64,000 nucleotides of DNA from an uncultured Candidatus Saccharibacteria bacterium (GCA_964436255.1 CAYTBW010000002.1:616-64615); one strand, 5' to 3'; positions 18,104-27,406 are shown, numbered from the stretch's first letter. Notes: generated from the sequence alone by a model not told the origin. Program-made: numbers and translations.

Positions 18104-18213
18104 TAAAGAAAAAAATTGTTCAAAAAACTGTTGTGTTTTAGACTGTTGTAGATTTATACTAAGTAGTAAGTAATTTAAGTTATAAACAAAGAAAAAGTTG
18201 ATAAAAAAACAAT
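18104..18213. promoter_or_regulatory. AT-rich divergent promoter region with direct repeats (ACTGTTGT x2, 15-nt spacing) and TATACT-like -10 elements
   Basis: 110-nt, ~75% AT intergenic region between divergent genes. Direct repeat at 18127-18134 and 18142-18149. Confidence 0.35.
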
Positions 18214-18486
18214 ATGCTAAAGCTCTTCATAACATCAAAAACAAGACGAAAAATCATCACGATTTACAGTAAATATCCTGACTACCGGGTGCACGTACGT
18301 GGCCTGGCAAAGATTTTGCGTGAAGACCCGGGCAACATCCAACGCGAGCTTGCTCGCATGGAGAAGATTGGCTATGTAAAGTCTGCCAAAGAAGGCAACG
18401 CCAAGGTTTACTGGGTAAATCAGCAGTTCCTCCTCTTTAAAGAGCTGCAAAGTATGGTTCTAAAAACATCAAGGAAGAAGTCATAA
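18214..18486 (+). CDS. Small winged-helix DNA-binding protein (MarR/ArsR/TrmB-like)
   Basis: 'GLAKILREDPGNIQRELARMEKIGYV' HTH plus wing pattern. 90 aa. Confidence 0.4.
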   Translation: MLKLFITSKTRRKIITIYSKYPDYRVHVRGLAKILREDPGNIQRELARMEKIGYVKSAKEGNAKVYWVNQQFLLFKELQSMVLKTSRKKS

Positions 18487-18489
18487 ACA

Positions 18490-18675
18490 ATGAGTATCCT
18501 CGTAAAAATCAAAAATCAATTCACCAAACAAGACATATACCGACAAAAGGCAGAGAAGATGGCTCAAACACAACAGTTTTTGCACGCTCACCGTCAGGCC
18601 TATCGTTCGGAAGCGCCGCTAGGGTTTAAGACTCGATCGGAAAGTAGCTACCACTTAGCTCGCGCTAGCAGGTAG
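18490..18675 (+). CDS. Hypothetical small basic protein
   Basis: ORF begins 4 nt after the wHTH gene; no recognisable domain. Confidence 0.2.
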   Translation: MSILVKIKNQFTKQDIYRQKAEKMAQTQQFLHAHRQAYRSEAPLGFKTRSESSYHLARASR

Positions 18676-18715
18676 ACCTGTTTAGCGCAGGTAGATAATC
18701 CTCTATACTGAGGAC

Positions 18716-20434
18716 ATGTCGACCGAACCAAAACCAGTCAAAACAGAAAACGCCAAGTCGTATACGTGGCGTTTTTTGTCTGGATCAGATCGGGCGGTTA
18801 CGAGTGCAGCCAGGCTGCGTGAGCTCATTTTACGTCAGCGTGGCGTGGAGCCAGAGCAGCAAGAGGCCTTCGTGTCGCCTGACTATAATGGGCTTCACGA
18901 CGCTGGACTTTTGAGTGGTGTGGGGTTGGCTGTAGAGCGTATTAACCACGCATTGGCGAATGGGCAAAAGATTGTTGTGTATGGGGATTATGATATTGAC
19001 GGCATAACAGCTACTGCTCTGCTGGTAGACGTACTCTCTCAGCTTGGGGCTCAAGTAAGCCCCTACATTCCAGACCGGTTTGAAGAGGGGTACGGTTTGA
19101 ATTTGGCTGCACTTAAGGCGCTCAAGTCAGACGGTGCCGATCTCCTCATTAGTGTGGATTGCGGTATTACCGCAGCGCACGAGGTGGCAGAAGCCGCGAA
19201 GTTTGGACTCGACATTATCGTAACCGATCATCATACAGTGCCAGAAGAAACTCCCGAAGCTGCAATAGCCTGCATAAATCCCCGCCTACCGGGCGACGAG
19301 TATCCATTCAAGGATCTAGCCGGTGTGGCCGTAGCATTTAAATTGGCCGTTGCCTTGGTCGCGGTACACCCTGACAAAGTAAAACCTGGTCGCGAAAAGT
19401 GGTTACTCGACCTGGTAGCGCTCGGCACGGTATGCGATGTGGTGCCCCTCGCGGGGGAAAACCGCGCATTAGTGCAGTTCGGGCTGACGGTGTTGCGCAA
19501 GAGCCCGCGGCCGGGACTCAGGGCATTAGCCGAAGCGAGTGGAGTGGAGCTCGCTAGCGTTCAGGCCTCGGATTTGGGTTTCCGGTTCGGCCCGCGACTG
19601 AATGCCGCAGGGCGCCTAGAGCACGCAGCTAAGGCACTGGAACTCATTACCACGACAGATACCGACCGGGCCAAAGAGCTGGCGGAGGGACTGAACGAAC
19701 TCAACCGCGAGCGACAAGACGAAACAGCGCGTGTGTTCGCGGAGGCAATGCAGCAATCCGAAGGCTATCTAGACGATGCCATTTTGGTACTTTCTGGCCA
19801 GGATTGGTCACATGGCATAGTCGGACTGGTTGCCAGCAGAGTTAGTGAGGCTCGGCATAAACCGACGATTATTTTGCAACAACTCGGCAAGACTACCAAG
19901 GGCTCTGCGCGTAGTGTTGGTACTTTTAATATTATCGAGGCGATTACGAGCGCAAAGCAACACTTAGAGCGTTACGGCGGGCATGCTTTTGCTGCTGGCA
20001 TGACACTCAAGACGAGTAAAGTGGTCGATTTGCGCAAAGCGCTCAATGCATACGCTGCCCAACACGAGTCAGAACTTAGTACGCAAAAGGAGCTCGTCGT
20101 TACCTGTCAGCTCGACGGGGGGATTTTGAATACCCAGTTGCTGACGCAGCTCGAGGCCTTGGAGCCGTATGGCAACGCCAACCCTCAGCCAATATTTGCG
20201 TCCAAGCTTAAATTGGTGCGCATGCGTCCAGTCGGTGCAGATCAAAAGCATTTGCAGATGAATTTCGAGGCTTCAGTGGGGCAGCTCGGCGCCATTGCCT
20301 TCAGCGCCGCTGGGCGCTGGCCCTGGCTTGAATTAGGGCAGCTGGTCGAAGTGGCCTACAGGGCGTCCAAAAACGTCTGGCAGGGGGTTGAGAGCCTCCA
20401 GCTCGAAGTGGTCGACATTCGACCGCTCCAGTAA
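18716..20434 (+). CDS. recJ: Single-stranded-DNA-specific exonuclease RecJ
   Basis: DHH 'VVYGDYDIDGITATALL', DHHT motif, DHHA1 domain, C-terminal OB-like region. Confidence 0.85.
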   Translation: MSTEPKPVKTENAKSYTWRFLSGSDRAVTSAARLRELILRQRGVEPEQQEAFVSPDYNGLHDAGLLSGVGLAVERINHALANGQKIVVYGDYDIDGITATALLVDVLSQLGAQVSPYIPDRFEEGYGLNLAALKALKSDGADLLISVDCGITAAHEVAEAAKFGLDIIVTDHHTVPEETPEAAIACINPRLPGDEYPFKDLAGVAVAFKLAVALVAVHPDKVKPGREKWLLDLVALGTVCDVVPLAGENRALVQFGLTVLRKSPRPGLRALAEASGVELASVQASDLGFRFGPRLNAAGRLEHAAKALELITTTDTDRAKELAEGLNELNRERQDETARVFAEAMQQSEGYLDDAILVLSGQDWSHGIVGLVASRVSEARHKPTIILQQLGKTTKGSARSVGTFNIIEAITSAKQHLERYGGHAFAAGMTLKTSKVVDLRKALNAYAAQHESELSTQKELVVTCQLDGGILNTQLLTQLEALEPYGNANPQPIFASKLKLVRMRPVGADQKHLQMNFEASVGQLGAIAFSAAGRWPWLELGQLVEVAYRASKNVWQGVESLQLEVVDIRPLQ

Positions 20435-20457
20435 GCTGCTTATGCTAAAATGGCTGT

Positions 20458-23067
20458 ATGGAAAAACAAGGCGCTCAGTTTCTACACTCCAAGCAGCCGA
20501 GTCTACATGTTGGGGCTGCTGTAGAGCACGAGCAAGCTCGCCGCGAGCGCTCAGCTGGAGAGACGAGCCAGAAGCCTTCGGAAAAGATAGCTGCTTGGCT
20601 TGAGATATTAGAGCGCACCCATGGGCACTCAGATTCAAGAGTTAATGACAGGATTAAGTCTTCGTACCACAAAGAATACGTTATTAAACCCGAAAACGTA
20701 CCAGAATCAACCTTTCAACTAGAGCAGCGTATAGCCCGTAATCTTGGTCACGGCGATATCCCTATTACCGACGAATTCAGGGCAGCTAAGACCAGGGAGA
20801 TTATTGAGAACCAAGAAGCCAGTTTGGATAAATGGATTGATTACTTAACCTCTGACGACGCCACTTATCCTACATGGGCCAAGTACTGGGCTTTTACGTC
20901 TATTGTAAAGATGGGCAAGATAGAAAAGAAAACCGTCGAGCTTGAAGATGGCACCGAGCGGGAAACGGCACGCTTTGGAACACGTACGCGTGATACTACG
21001 GCACCATTCCCACCCCTTAACCCCAGGGCGCTAGCAATGGCAGTTGGAGTCATGGAGCGGCATTTAGCTTGGAAGGCATTACCCAAAGACGCGCGAAAGA
21101 CGAATCCACTTGCTAATGAGAGTAAACGACTTAGTGATGAGGAGTTTAGAAGGCTACTAACCACTGAAAGTTTTGATGACCTCTATACCCAATTCCTAAT
21201 TGAGTTACCCGAATATTCTACCGAAGGCCTGAGGGAAACCCGGGGTGAGTGGCGCAAATACGATCAAGGGAGCGACCCAGCTCCACTCGTTGATTCACTT
21301 GATGGCCACCCGTTGGAATGGTGTACTGCCAACTTTAGTACGGCATTAACCCATTTGCAGGGAGGAGACTTTTTTGTTTATTATTCGATAGATCAGGAGG
21401 GTAGCCCGACGGTTCCAAGGGTGGCCATTCGAATGGCTGGGGATAGTATTGCTGAGGTAAGAGGAATCGCACCAGATCAGCAGCTCGATCCATATATCGC
21501 CGATGTGGTAAGTGAGAAGATGGCTGAATTCCCCGATGGAGAAGGTTACCAAAAGAAGGCTGCCGACATGGCGAGGCTTACAGAGATAGAGGACACTATT
21601 CAGCAGGGAGCCGAAATAAGTAGGGAGGATTTGCAGTTTCTATATGAAATTCAACATCCAATAGAAGGTTTTGGATACCACCGTGATCCACGAATAGATC
21701 TCTTGAGGCAGGGAAGAGATGTGCGGAGTGACCTGGTAAAGGCACTCGACTGCCGACCTGAGCAGATTAGCTTGACTGCAGCGGAGGCAACTCATGGTAC
21801 TTCCGAAAACCCCATTTTATTTCATTATGGGGATCTACTTTTAACCAGCCTAAGTTCAGCTCCGGGTCTTAGATTGCCAGATGTGGTCGGCGGGAAGCTT
21901 GATCTAAGTAGTCTAGAAGCCCCTAACGGGCTGACTTTGCCTAAGGAGGTTCGTGGGACTCTCGACCTGTCCAGTCTCGAAAGTGCAGATGGGCTTGATT
22001 TGCCATATTATGTGGGAGGAAATCTCAATCTTGGTGGGATAATACTCCCGTTTGGACTTCGCTTGCCGGCGGCGGTTGGCGGGAGTATTGGGCTTCAGTC
22101 GCTGGAAAGCGCAAAAGGTATTGTTTTTCCAGCTTCAAGCGGGGGTATAGAACTACAGAGTCTGAAGAGTGCAAAAGGTTTAGTATTGCCGAGCGAGGTT
22201 CACGGGACCCTTGATCTAACCGGACTTCTAGATGGCGAAGGGCTAATATTGCCAACATTTATTGGGGAGTATTTGTTTCTTGATAGCTTGCAGAAAGCAG
22301 ATGGATTAAGGCTGCCAGAGTCTGTAAAGGACATCATTCAATTGCCAGCGCTTAAGAGCGCGGAGGGCCTTAGTATCCCTCGCAATATTAAATGTGCCTT
22401 ACTAGATCTTAGTGGTCTTACGAATGCCGACGGTCTGGTTTTACCTCCGGAAGAACTAGATGCTAGCTTGGATCTCTCTGGCCTAACAGATGCTAAGGGG
22501 CTCACTTTACCACGTATTATTCGTGGTGAGCTTAACATGAGCCAGCTAAAGAGCGCCGATGGATTGATACTACCAGAGGTAATCAATGAAGGGCTCTACC
22601 TCGAAAACTTAGCGAGTGCTAAGGGCTTAAATTTACCGCGAATAATTAAGGGAGATCTTGATCTTAATGGGCTTCTTGACGCAACAGACTTCGTTTTTCC
22701 TGAGGGGTTGGAGTGTTCTGGCATCTATCTTCCGAGTCTTGTTCGGGCTAGTGGTCTCGTATTTCCGCATCGTGTCAGTGGCCAGTTGATCATGGACCGA
22801 CTTAGCTCCGCGCAGGGGGTAGTAATGCCTCGGGTGGTTGGTAGTCTCGACCTATCCGGCCTAGAAAGTACAGAAGGCCTTATGCTGCCCTCTCAAATTG
22901 ATAGCTCCCTTATACTTTGTCGTTACGAAGGCGGCGGGGCGGGTGGTTATGTCAGGGTCTCGGGCTTAACGGGTGAACAAATTCGCGAGGTACTATCGCA
23001 GCGGCCTGATTTGCGTGAAAAACTCAGGGGTGCACCACCATGGATACTCGGCGAACCAGCAGACTAG
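20458..23067 (+). CDS. Large protein: ~470-aa unknown N-terminal domain plus ~16 tandem 21-aa LRR-like repeats (GLxLPxxVxGxLDLSxLxSAx)
   Basis: No signal peptide or TM. Repeats occupy ~21.86-22.92 kb; consensus is reminiscent of BspA/TpLRR-type 'LPxxV..G' leucine-rich repeats. Confidence 0.5.
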   Translation: MEKQGAQFLHSKQPSLHVGAAVEHEQARRERSAGETSQKPSEKIAAWLEILERTHGHSDSRVNDRIKSSYHKEYVIKPENVPESTFQLEQRIARNLGHGDIPITDEFRAAKTREIIENQEASLDKWIDYLTSDDATYPTWAKYWAFTSIVKMGKIEKKTVELEDGTERETARFGTRTRDTTAPFPPLNPRALAMAVGVMERHLAWKALPKDARKTNPLANESKRLSDEEFRRLLTTESFDDLYTQFLIELPEYSTEGLRETRGEWRKYDQGSDPAPLVDSLDGHPLEWCTANFSTALTHLQGGDFFVYYSIDQEGSPTVPRVAIRMAGDSIAEVRGIAPDQQLDPYIADVVSEKMAEFPDGEGYQKKAADMARLTEIEDTIQQGAEISREDLQFLYEIQHPIEGFGYHRDPRIDLLRQGRDVRSDLVKALDCRPEQISLTAAEATHGTSENPILFHYGDLLLTSLSSAPGLRLPDVVGGKLDLSSLEAPNGLTLPKEVRGTLDLSSLESADGLDLPYYVGGNLNLGGIILPFGLRLPAAVGGSIGLQSLESAKGIVFPASSGGIELQSLKSAKGLVLPSEVHGTLDLTGLLDGEGLILPTFIGEYLFLDSLQKADGLRLPESVKDIIQLPALKSAEGLSIPRNIKCALLDLSGLTNADGLVLPPEELDASLDLSGLTDAKGLTLPRIIRGELNMSQLKSADGLILPEVINEGLYLENLASAKGLNLPRIIKGDLDLNGLLDATDFVFPEGLECSGIYLPSLVRASGLVFPHRVSGQLIMDRLSSAQGVVMPRVVGSLDLSGLESTEGLMLPSQIDSSLILCRYEGGGAGGYVRVSGLTGEQIREVLSQRPDLREKLRGAPPWILGEPAD
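21860..22925 (+). repeat. Tandem ~63-bp coding repeats (21-aa LRR-like units) within the 20458..23067 gene
   Basis: Periodic 'GGxxTxxxxTTxCC' pattern encoding GL.LP..V.G.L.LS.L.SA. Confidence 0.55.
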
Positions 23068-23096
23068 TGCTCAGGGCCCCGTGGTGGTCCTGGGGC

Positions 23097-23125
23097 TTGA
23101 AGAAGTCATGGTTTTAGCGTATAAT
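23097..23125 (+). promoter_or_regulatory. sigma70-like promoter (TTGAAG-N17-TATAAT) upstream of rpsU
   Basis: TTGAAG 23097-23102, TATAAT 23120-23125. Confidence 0.45.
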
Positions 23126-23172
23126 CGCTTCTGAAATTGATTTATTAGCTAGTAGAAAAACAAGGAGTTAGT

Positions 23173-23382
23173 TTGATTCAAGTAACAGCCAAAGAAAAAG
23201 AGTCAGCAGAGAGCTTGCTGAGACGCTTTAATAAGAAGGTAATCCAGTCTGGCGTATTAGGAGAAGCTCGTCGTAAACGTTACTTCGAAAAGCCAATCTC
23301 GAAGACGGAAGCGCGTAGCGTAGCAATCCGCAAGGCTCGTCGCAAAGAGCAAAAAGCTCGCGAAATCCTAGGAATCAAGTAA
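23173..23382 (+). CDS. rpsU: 30S ribosomal protein S21
   Basis: 'LLRRFNKKVIQSGVLGEARRKRYFEKP...RKARRK'. TTG start with AAGGAG RBS. Confidence 0.8.
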   Translation: MIQVTAKEKESAESLLRRFNKKVIQSGVLGEARRKRYFEKPISKTEARSVAIRKARRKEQKAREILGIK

Positions 23383-23822
23383 TGCACGTTCTCGAGCAGC
23401 TGGAACAAGACCTCGCAGCTGCGATGCGAGAGCGAGACCAGATTCGCCTCCAAGTGCTGAGGCTGCTTAAGAGCGCCCTTAAAAACTACCAGATCGAAGT
23501 TGGCCATGAACTTAGCCCGCAGGAGATGATGCAAGTCCTCCAAAAGGAAGCCAAAAAGCGTCGTGACTCGATTGAAGCTTATGAAAAAGCCGGTCGAGAC
23601 GACCTAGTCGCCGAAGAGTCAGCGGAGCTCAAAGAGATCCAGCACTATCTGCCAGCACAATTGGGTGATGACGAAGTTCGCGCGATAGTCCGCGAGGTGG
23701 TTGCTGCTAGCCCTGACGCCCAGATGGGCCAAATAATTGGACAAGTACTGGCAAAAACCAACGGCCAGGCGGACGGCGGGCTTGTAAGCCGTATCGTTCG
23801 TGAAGAACTTGATAATAAATAA
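23382..23822 (+). CDS. yqeY: GatB/YqeY-domain protein
   Basis: YqeY-like sequence in the conserved rpsU-yqeY arrangement. Confidence 0.7.
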   Translation: MHVLEQLEQDLAAAMRERDQIRLQVLRLLKSALKNYQIEVGHELSPQEMMQVLQKEAKKRRDSIEAYEKAGRDDLVAEESAELKEIQHYLPAQLGDDEVRAIVREVVAASPDAQMGQIIGQVLAKTNGQADGGLVSRIVREELDNK

Positions 23823-23828
23823 CGAACT

Positions 23829-24305
23829 ATGGCACTCAGTCTAGAGTTCGCAACCGATGTTCCTTCCTCTCTAAATAAAGACGATTTGCATATGGCGCTT
23901 GACCTGGTCCAGGTGGCGGCAGACGCCGGGCTTAACGGCAAAATTAGCCTCGTCTTTACCGATGAGCCGACGGCACGCCAGCTCAACCTGCAGTATGCAG
24001 GCAATGATTATGCTACAGACGTACTCAGCTTTAACTACTTTGAGGGCGAAGACGACGAACCAGGCCCAGACGATACTTTGGGAGAGGTGGTGGTGTGCGT
24101 TCCGGTTGCGCAGAAGCAAGCCGAGGAGCATGGTCAAGATATGCGCTCGGAGCTACTCTTGCTGGTGGTGCACGGTATGATGCACGTGCTAGGCTACGAC
24201 CACGCTGGCCAGGCGGAGCAGACTAGCTTCGCGCATGCGCAAAGTGCTATATTAAGTAAGCTTAAGGTTGATGCAAGGGGTATATTCAATGGTAACACTC
24301 GGTAG
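23829..24305 (+). CDS. ybeY: Endoribonuclease YbeY (rRNA maturation)
   Basis: 'HGMMHVLGYDH' zinc-binding motif. Confidence 0.8.
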   Translation: MALSLEFATDVPSSLNKDDLHMALDLVQVAADAGLNGKISLVFTDEPTARQLNLQYAGNDYATDVLSFNYFEGEDDEPGPDDTLGEVVVCVPVAQKQAEEHGQDMRSELLLLVVHGMMHVLGYDHAGQAEQTSFAHAQSAILSKLKVDARGIFNGNTR

Positions 24306-24648
24306 TTTTAGGCACGCATTTAAGGGTCTTCGGGCAGTCGTTAGTCGCGAACGCAATGCTCGTATTCATTTGGCTTTTGCCTTGCTAGCTGTCGTAGCGA
24401 GTTGGTTCTTTAAGATCTCAATCTTCCAACTCTCACTAGTTATTTTGGCAATTATCTTAGTTTTCTTTGCAGAAATTACCAATACCGCCATAGAGCGCAC
24501 GCTTGATTTGATTTCTACCGAGCGAAACCAAGTAGTCCAGCTCGTAAAGGACATGACGGCTGGTGGTGTGCTGGTTTGCGCACTTGGAGCCTTTGCAATC
24601 GGTGTTTGTATCTTCGGGCCACGCATTTACGAGATGCTGGTGCGATGA
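24289..24648 (+). CDS. dgkA: Diacylglycerol/undecaprenol kinase family membrane protein
   Basis: DgkA-like 3-TM protein ('FRHAFKG', 'NTAIE'). Start at ATG 24289 overlapping the ybeY end. Confidence 0.65.
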   Translation: MVTLGSFRHAFKGLRAVVSRERNARIHLAFALLAVVASWFFKISIFQLSLVILAIILVFFAEITNTAIERTLDLISTERNQVVQLVKDMTAGGVLVCALGAFAIGVCIFGPRIYEMLVR

Positions 24649-25193
24649 GGCGACATATTATCGTCTTGGGCATGCCCGGCGCTGGCAAAGACACGCAGTG
24701 CGATATGCTTGCTAAAGCCTTGGGGGCAGTAATAGTTAAGACTGGGGACATCGCACGCGAGCTAGCTAAAACGAACACAGATATTGCACGAGTGTTGCAA
24801 AAAGGTGGCTTGGTGGACGACGATATCATCAATACGAAATTGGCTGAAAAACTCCAAGAGATACCTGCCGAATCTGATATTCTCTTTGATGGCTTTCCCC
24901 GCAGGGTAGAGCAGGCCCAGTGGCTAGATAGCCAATTGGGCGAAAATGAAGCCCAGAATTTGCATGTATATTATTTAAAGATTAGCCAAGATTCGGCCCT
25001 CAAGCGACTTTTGCAGCGCGGCAGAGGGGACGATACCGAGTCAATAATCCGTAACCGTCTCCGCGTATTTGCAGACCAAACCGAACCTGTATTGGGCTAC
25101 TACCGAAGTGGTGATCGCTTGGTGGAAATTGATGGTGAGCCCAGCCCAGATATTATTCAGTCCGAGTTACAACGCAAAATAAAGGAACAATAA
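24645..25193 (+). CDS. adk: Adenylate kinase
   Basis: P-loop 'GMPGAGKDTQC'. Start ATG 24645 forms an ATGA overlap with the dgkA stop. Confidence 0.85.
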   Translation: MRRHIIVLGMPGAGKDTQCDMLAKALGAVIVKTGDIARELAKTNTDIARVLQKGGLVDDDIINTKLAEKLQEIPAESDILFDGFPRRVEQAQWLDSQLGENEAQNLHVYYLKISQDSALKRLLQRGRGDDTESIIRNRLRVFADQTEPVLGYYRSGDRLVEIDGEPSPDIIQSELQRKIKEQ

Positions 25194-25194
25194 G

Positions 25195-25947
25195 ATGAAG
25201 ACACAAGTTAAAACAGCGGCAGAAATTGAAGCTATGCGATATGGCGGAAAGATACTTGGCCAAACTCTGCAGGTGCTCAAGGCAAAGACGATACCTGGGA
25301 TGAAAACGCAGCAGATTGATGTGCTTGCTCGCGAACTGCTGGCAGACCGGGGAGTAGAGCCGGCCTTTTTGGGCTTTGATGGCTTTCCTGCCTCAATATG
25401 TATTTCAGTTAACGAAGAGATTGTTCACGGCCTACCAGGAGATAGGGTTTTGCACGACGGGGATCTCGTAAAATTCGATTTTGGTGTCAAACATGAGGGG
25501 ATGATTACCGATAGCGCTATCAGCTTTATTCTCGGCCCTAGCACCAACCCAAAAGCCGAAAAGCTTATAAAAGCTACAGAGGAAGCCCTTAGCAGAGCGA
25601 TAAACAGTCTGCATGATGGCGTTCGTGTAGGAGACATCGGCGCGGTTATCGGTTCTACTATCCAAAAGCATGGTTTTTATGTGCTGCAGACTCTTGGCGG
25701 GCACGGCGTTGGTCATAGGTTGCACGAAGATCCTTGGATTGGGAATGACGGGGTGGCTGGCACCGGGCAGACACTTAAGGCCGGCATGACAATCGCGTTA
25801 GAGCCAATTGCGTCAATTGGCACCGAGGACCTCGTAATGGCCGATGATGGATGGACATGCATTACTGACGACGGTTCACTAGCGGCCCAGAGCGAACACA
25901 CAATTTTAATTACTGAGTCGGGCGCCGAAATACTAACGCTGCCATAG
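25195..25947 (+). CDS. map: Methionine aminopeptidase type I
   Basis: MetAP metal-ligand context (D, D, H, E, E), e.g. 'HGVGHRLHEDP'. Confidence 0.85.
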   Translation: MKTQVKTAAEIEAMRYGGKILGQTLQVLKAKTIPGMKTQQIDVLARELLADRGVEPAFLGFDGFPASICISVNEEIVHGLPGDRVLHDGDLVKFDFGVKHEGMITDSAISFILGPSTNPKAEKLIKATEEALSRAINSLHDGVRVGDIGAVIGSTIQKHGFYVLQTLGGHGVGHRLHEDPWIGNDGVAGTGQTLKAGMTIALEPIASIGTEDLVMADDGWTCITDDGSLAAQSEHTILITESGAEILTLP

Positions 25948-26015
25948 GCGATTGCACCAATAGTTTGCGCAACCAGGGTGTGCATGTATATAATGAGATA
26001 CATTAAGGCAGGGTT

Positions 26016-27248
26016 ATGGCGGCAAAAAACGAATCAACATTTGTAGGGTTAGACATCGGCACAAGCAAAGTTGCTTGTGTGGTTGGTTTACATCAGGAGG
26101 ATATGGCCGAGCCGAGCATTATTGGGCTTGGTGTGTCCCCAACTACGGGCCTTAGGCGCGGCACAGTATCTGACGTAGAGGAAACGGTGGCTTCAATTAC
26201 TGCAGCCCTGGAAGAGGCGGAGCGTATGAGTGGCGTTACGATTGAACACGCCACCATCAGTGTAGATGGCGCCCACATTCAGAGTCTAAACTCACGTGGC
26301 GTAATCGCGGTGAGTAGGGCAGATCATGAGATTTCTCGTGAGGATCTAGTTCGAGTCGAAGAAGCCGCAGCAGCCATCCAGATGGACAGCAACCGTCAGA
26401 TCTTGCAGGTTATTCCAAAGAGCTATACGGTCGATGGTCAAACGAATGTAACAGATCCAGTAGGCATGAACGGCGTTCGACTCGAGATCGACACCCATAT
26501 CATCACCGCCGCTTCTCCGGCCATGAAGAACCTTACGAATGCAGTTTTCCGAGCAGGGATTACCATTGATGACCAACTCCTTGTCCCATTGGCAGCGGCA
26601 CGGGCAGTTCTGACAAAGCGTCAGTTCGAGCTTGGCGTAGTTCTGCTAGATATCGGCGCCGAAACCACTGGCATCGTTGTATTCGAAGAAGGCAGCATCG
26701 CATTCACTACCATCCTTCCTGTCGGCTCAAATCATATAACAAAGGACTTGGTATATGGTCTGCGTACTAATATAGATGTGGCCGAGAAGCTTAAACTAGC
26801 CAAAGCTAGTGCTATCAAGGAGAAAGGCCGACCAAACGAAAAAATCGATTTGGTGGACTTTGGTGGTAACGGAGTGGTTAGCCAGAGTGAAGTTGACAAG
26901 ATTGTTAATTCCAGATGTGAAGAAATCCTCGGCATGGTAGCCACAGAGCTTAGGAAAGCCGGTAAAGACTCTATGCTGGCTGGCGGCGCAGTGCTAACTG
27001 GCGGTGGAGCGAAACTTCCAGGTATAGATAAGCTAGCTCAGGATGTCCTTAAGCTCAACACAACCGTAGCATCTCCTCGCGGCTTCGGCGGTATAAGCGA
27101 TAAAGTGAAAGACCCTGCCTATGCAGCAGCAGTCGGACTCATGCTCGAAGACATGCATCACGCCCCAACAGGCCATGGAGGCATCAATTCTGCTATCAGT
27201 AACGCCGTGTCTCAAATAAAAGGCGTCTTCAAGAATTTTCTACCTTAA
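26016..27248 (+). CDS. ftsA: Cell division protein FtsA
   Basis: Actin-like ATPase ('GLDIGTSKVAC') in the conserved ftsA-ftsZ order. Confidence 0.85.
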   Translation: MAAKNESTFVGLDIGTSKVACVVGLHQEDMAEPSIIGLGVSPTTGLRRGTVSDVEETVASITAALEEAERMSGVTIEHATISVDGAHIQSLNSRGVIAVSRADHEISREDLVRVEEAAAAIQMDSNRQILQVIPKSYTVDGQTNVTDPVGMNGVRLEIDTHIITAASPAMKNLTNAVFRAGITIDDQLLVPLAAARAVLTKRQFELGVVLLDIGAETTGIVVFEEGSIAFTTILPVGSNHITKDLVYGLRTNIDVAEKLKLAKASAIKEKGRPNEKIDLVDFGGNGVVSQSEVDKIVNSRCEEILGMVATELRKAGKDSMLAGGAVLTGGGAKLPGIDKLAQDVLKLNTTVASPRGFGGISDKVKDPAYAAAVGLMLEDMHHAPTGHGGINSAISNAVSQIKGVFKNFLP

Positions 27249-27377
27249 CGAAATTTATTGTGATTCGGTTTAAAAAAGAGCTCCGAATTCCGGGGTTCTT
27301 TTGCTGTATACATTCTTTCGGGGAACGAACACATTATTTATAGCAAGCATCTGTGCTGATAATTCCGAGTAAAATAT

Positions 27378-27406
27378 TTGCATTACTTGCGCAATTTGGT
27401 TATACT
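27378..27406 (+). promoter_or_regulatory. sigma70-like promoter (TTGCAT-N17-TATACT) upstream of ftsZ
   Basis: TTGCAT 27378-27383, TATACT 27401-27406, in a 276-nt ftsA-ftsZ intergenic region. Confidence 0.45.

Noticed and set aside
18104-18213. AT-rich 110-nt region considered as a possible replication origin (near parAB/recJ).
   Set aside because: No DnaA-box-like TTATCCACA repeats and no dnaA/dnaN nearby. It is more simply a divergent promoter/operator region.
20333-20638. 101-aa minus-strand ORF spanning the recJ end and the LRR-gene start.
   Set aside because: Overlaps two well-supported plus-strand genes and their junction; no RBS or homology.
23068-23100. GC-rich short stem (GCCCC...GGGGC) after the LRR gene, considered as a terminator.
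   Set aside because: Only 5 bp with a 12-nt loop and no U-tract; too weak to call.
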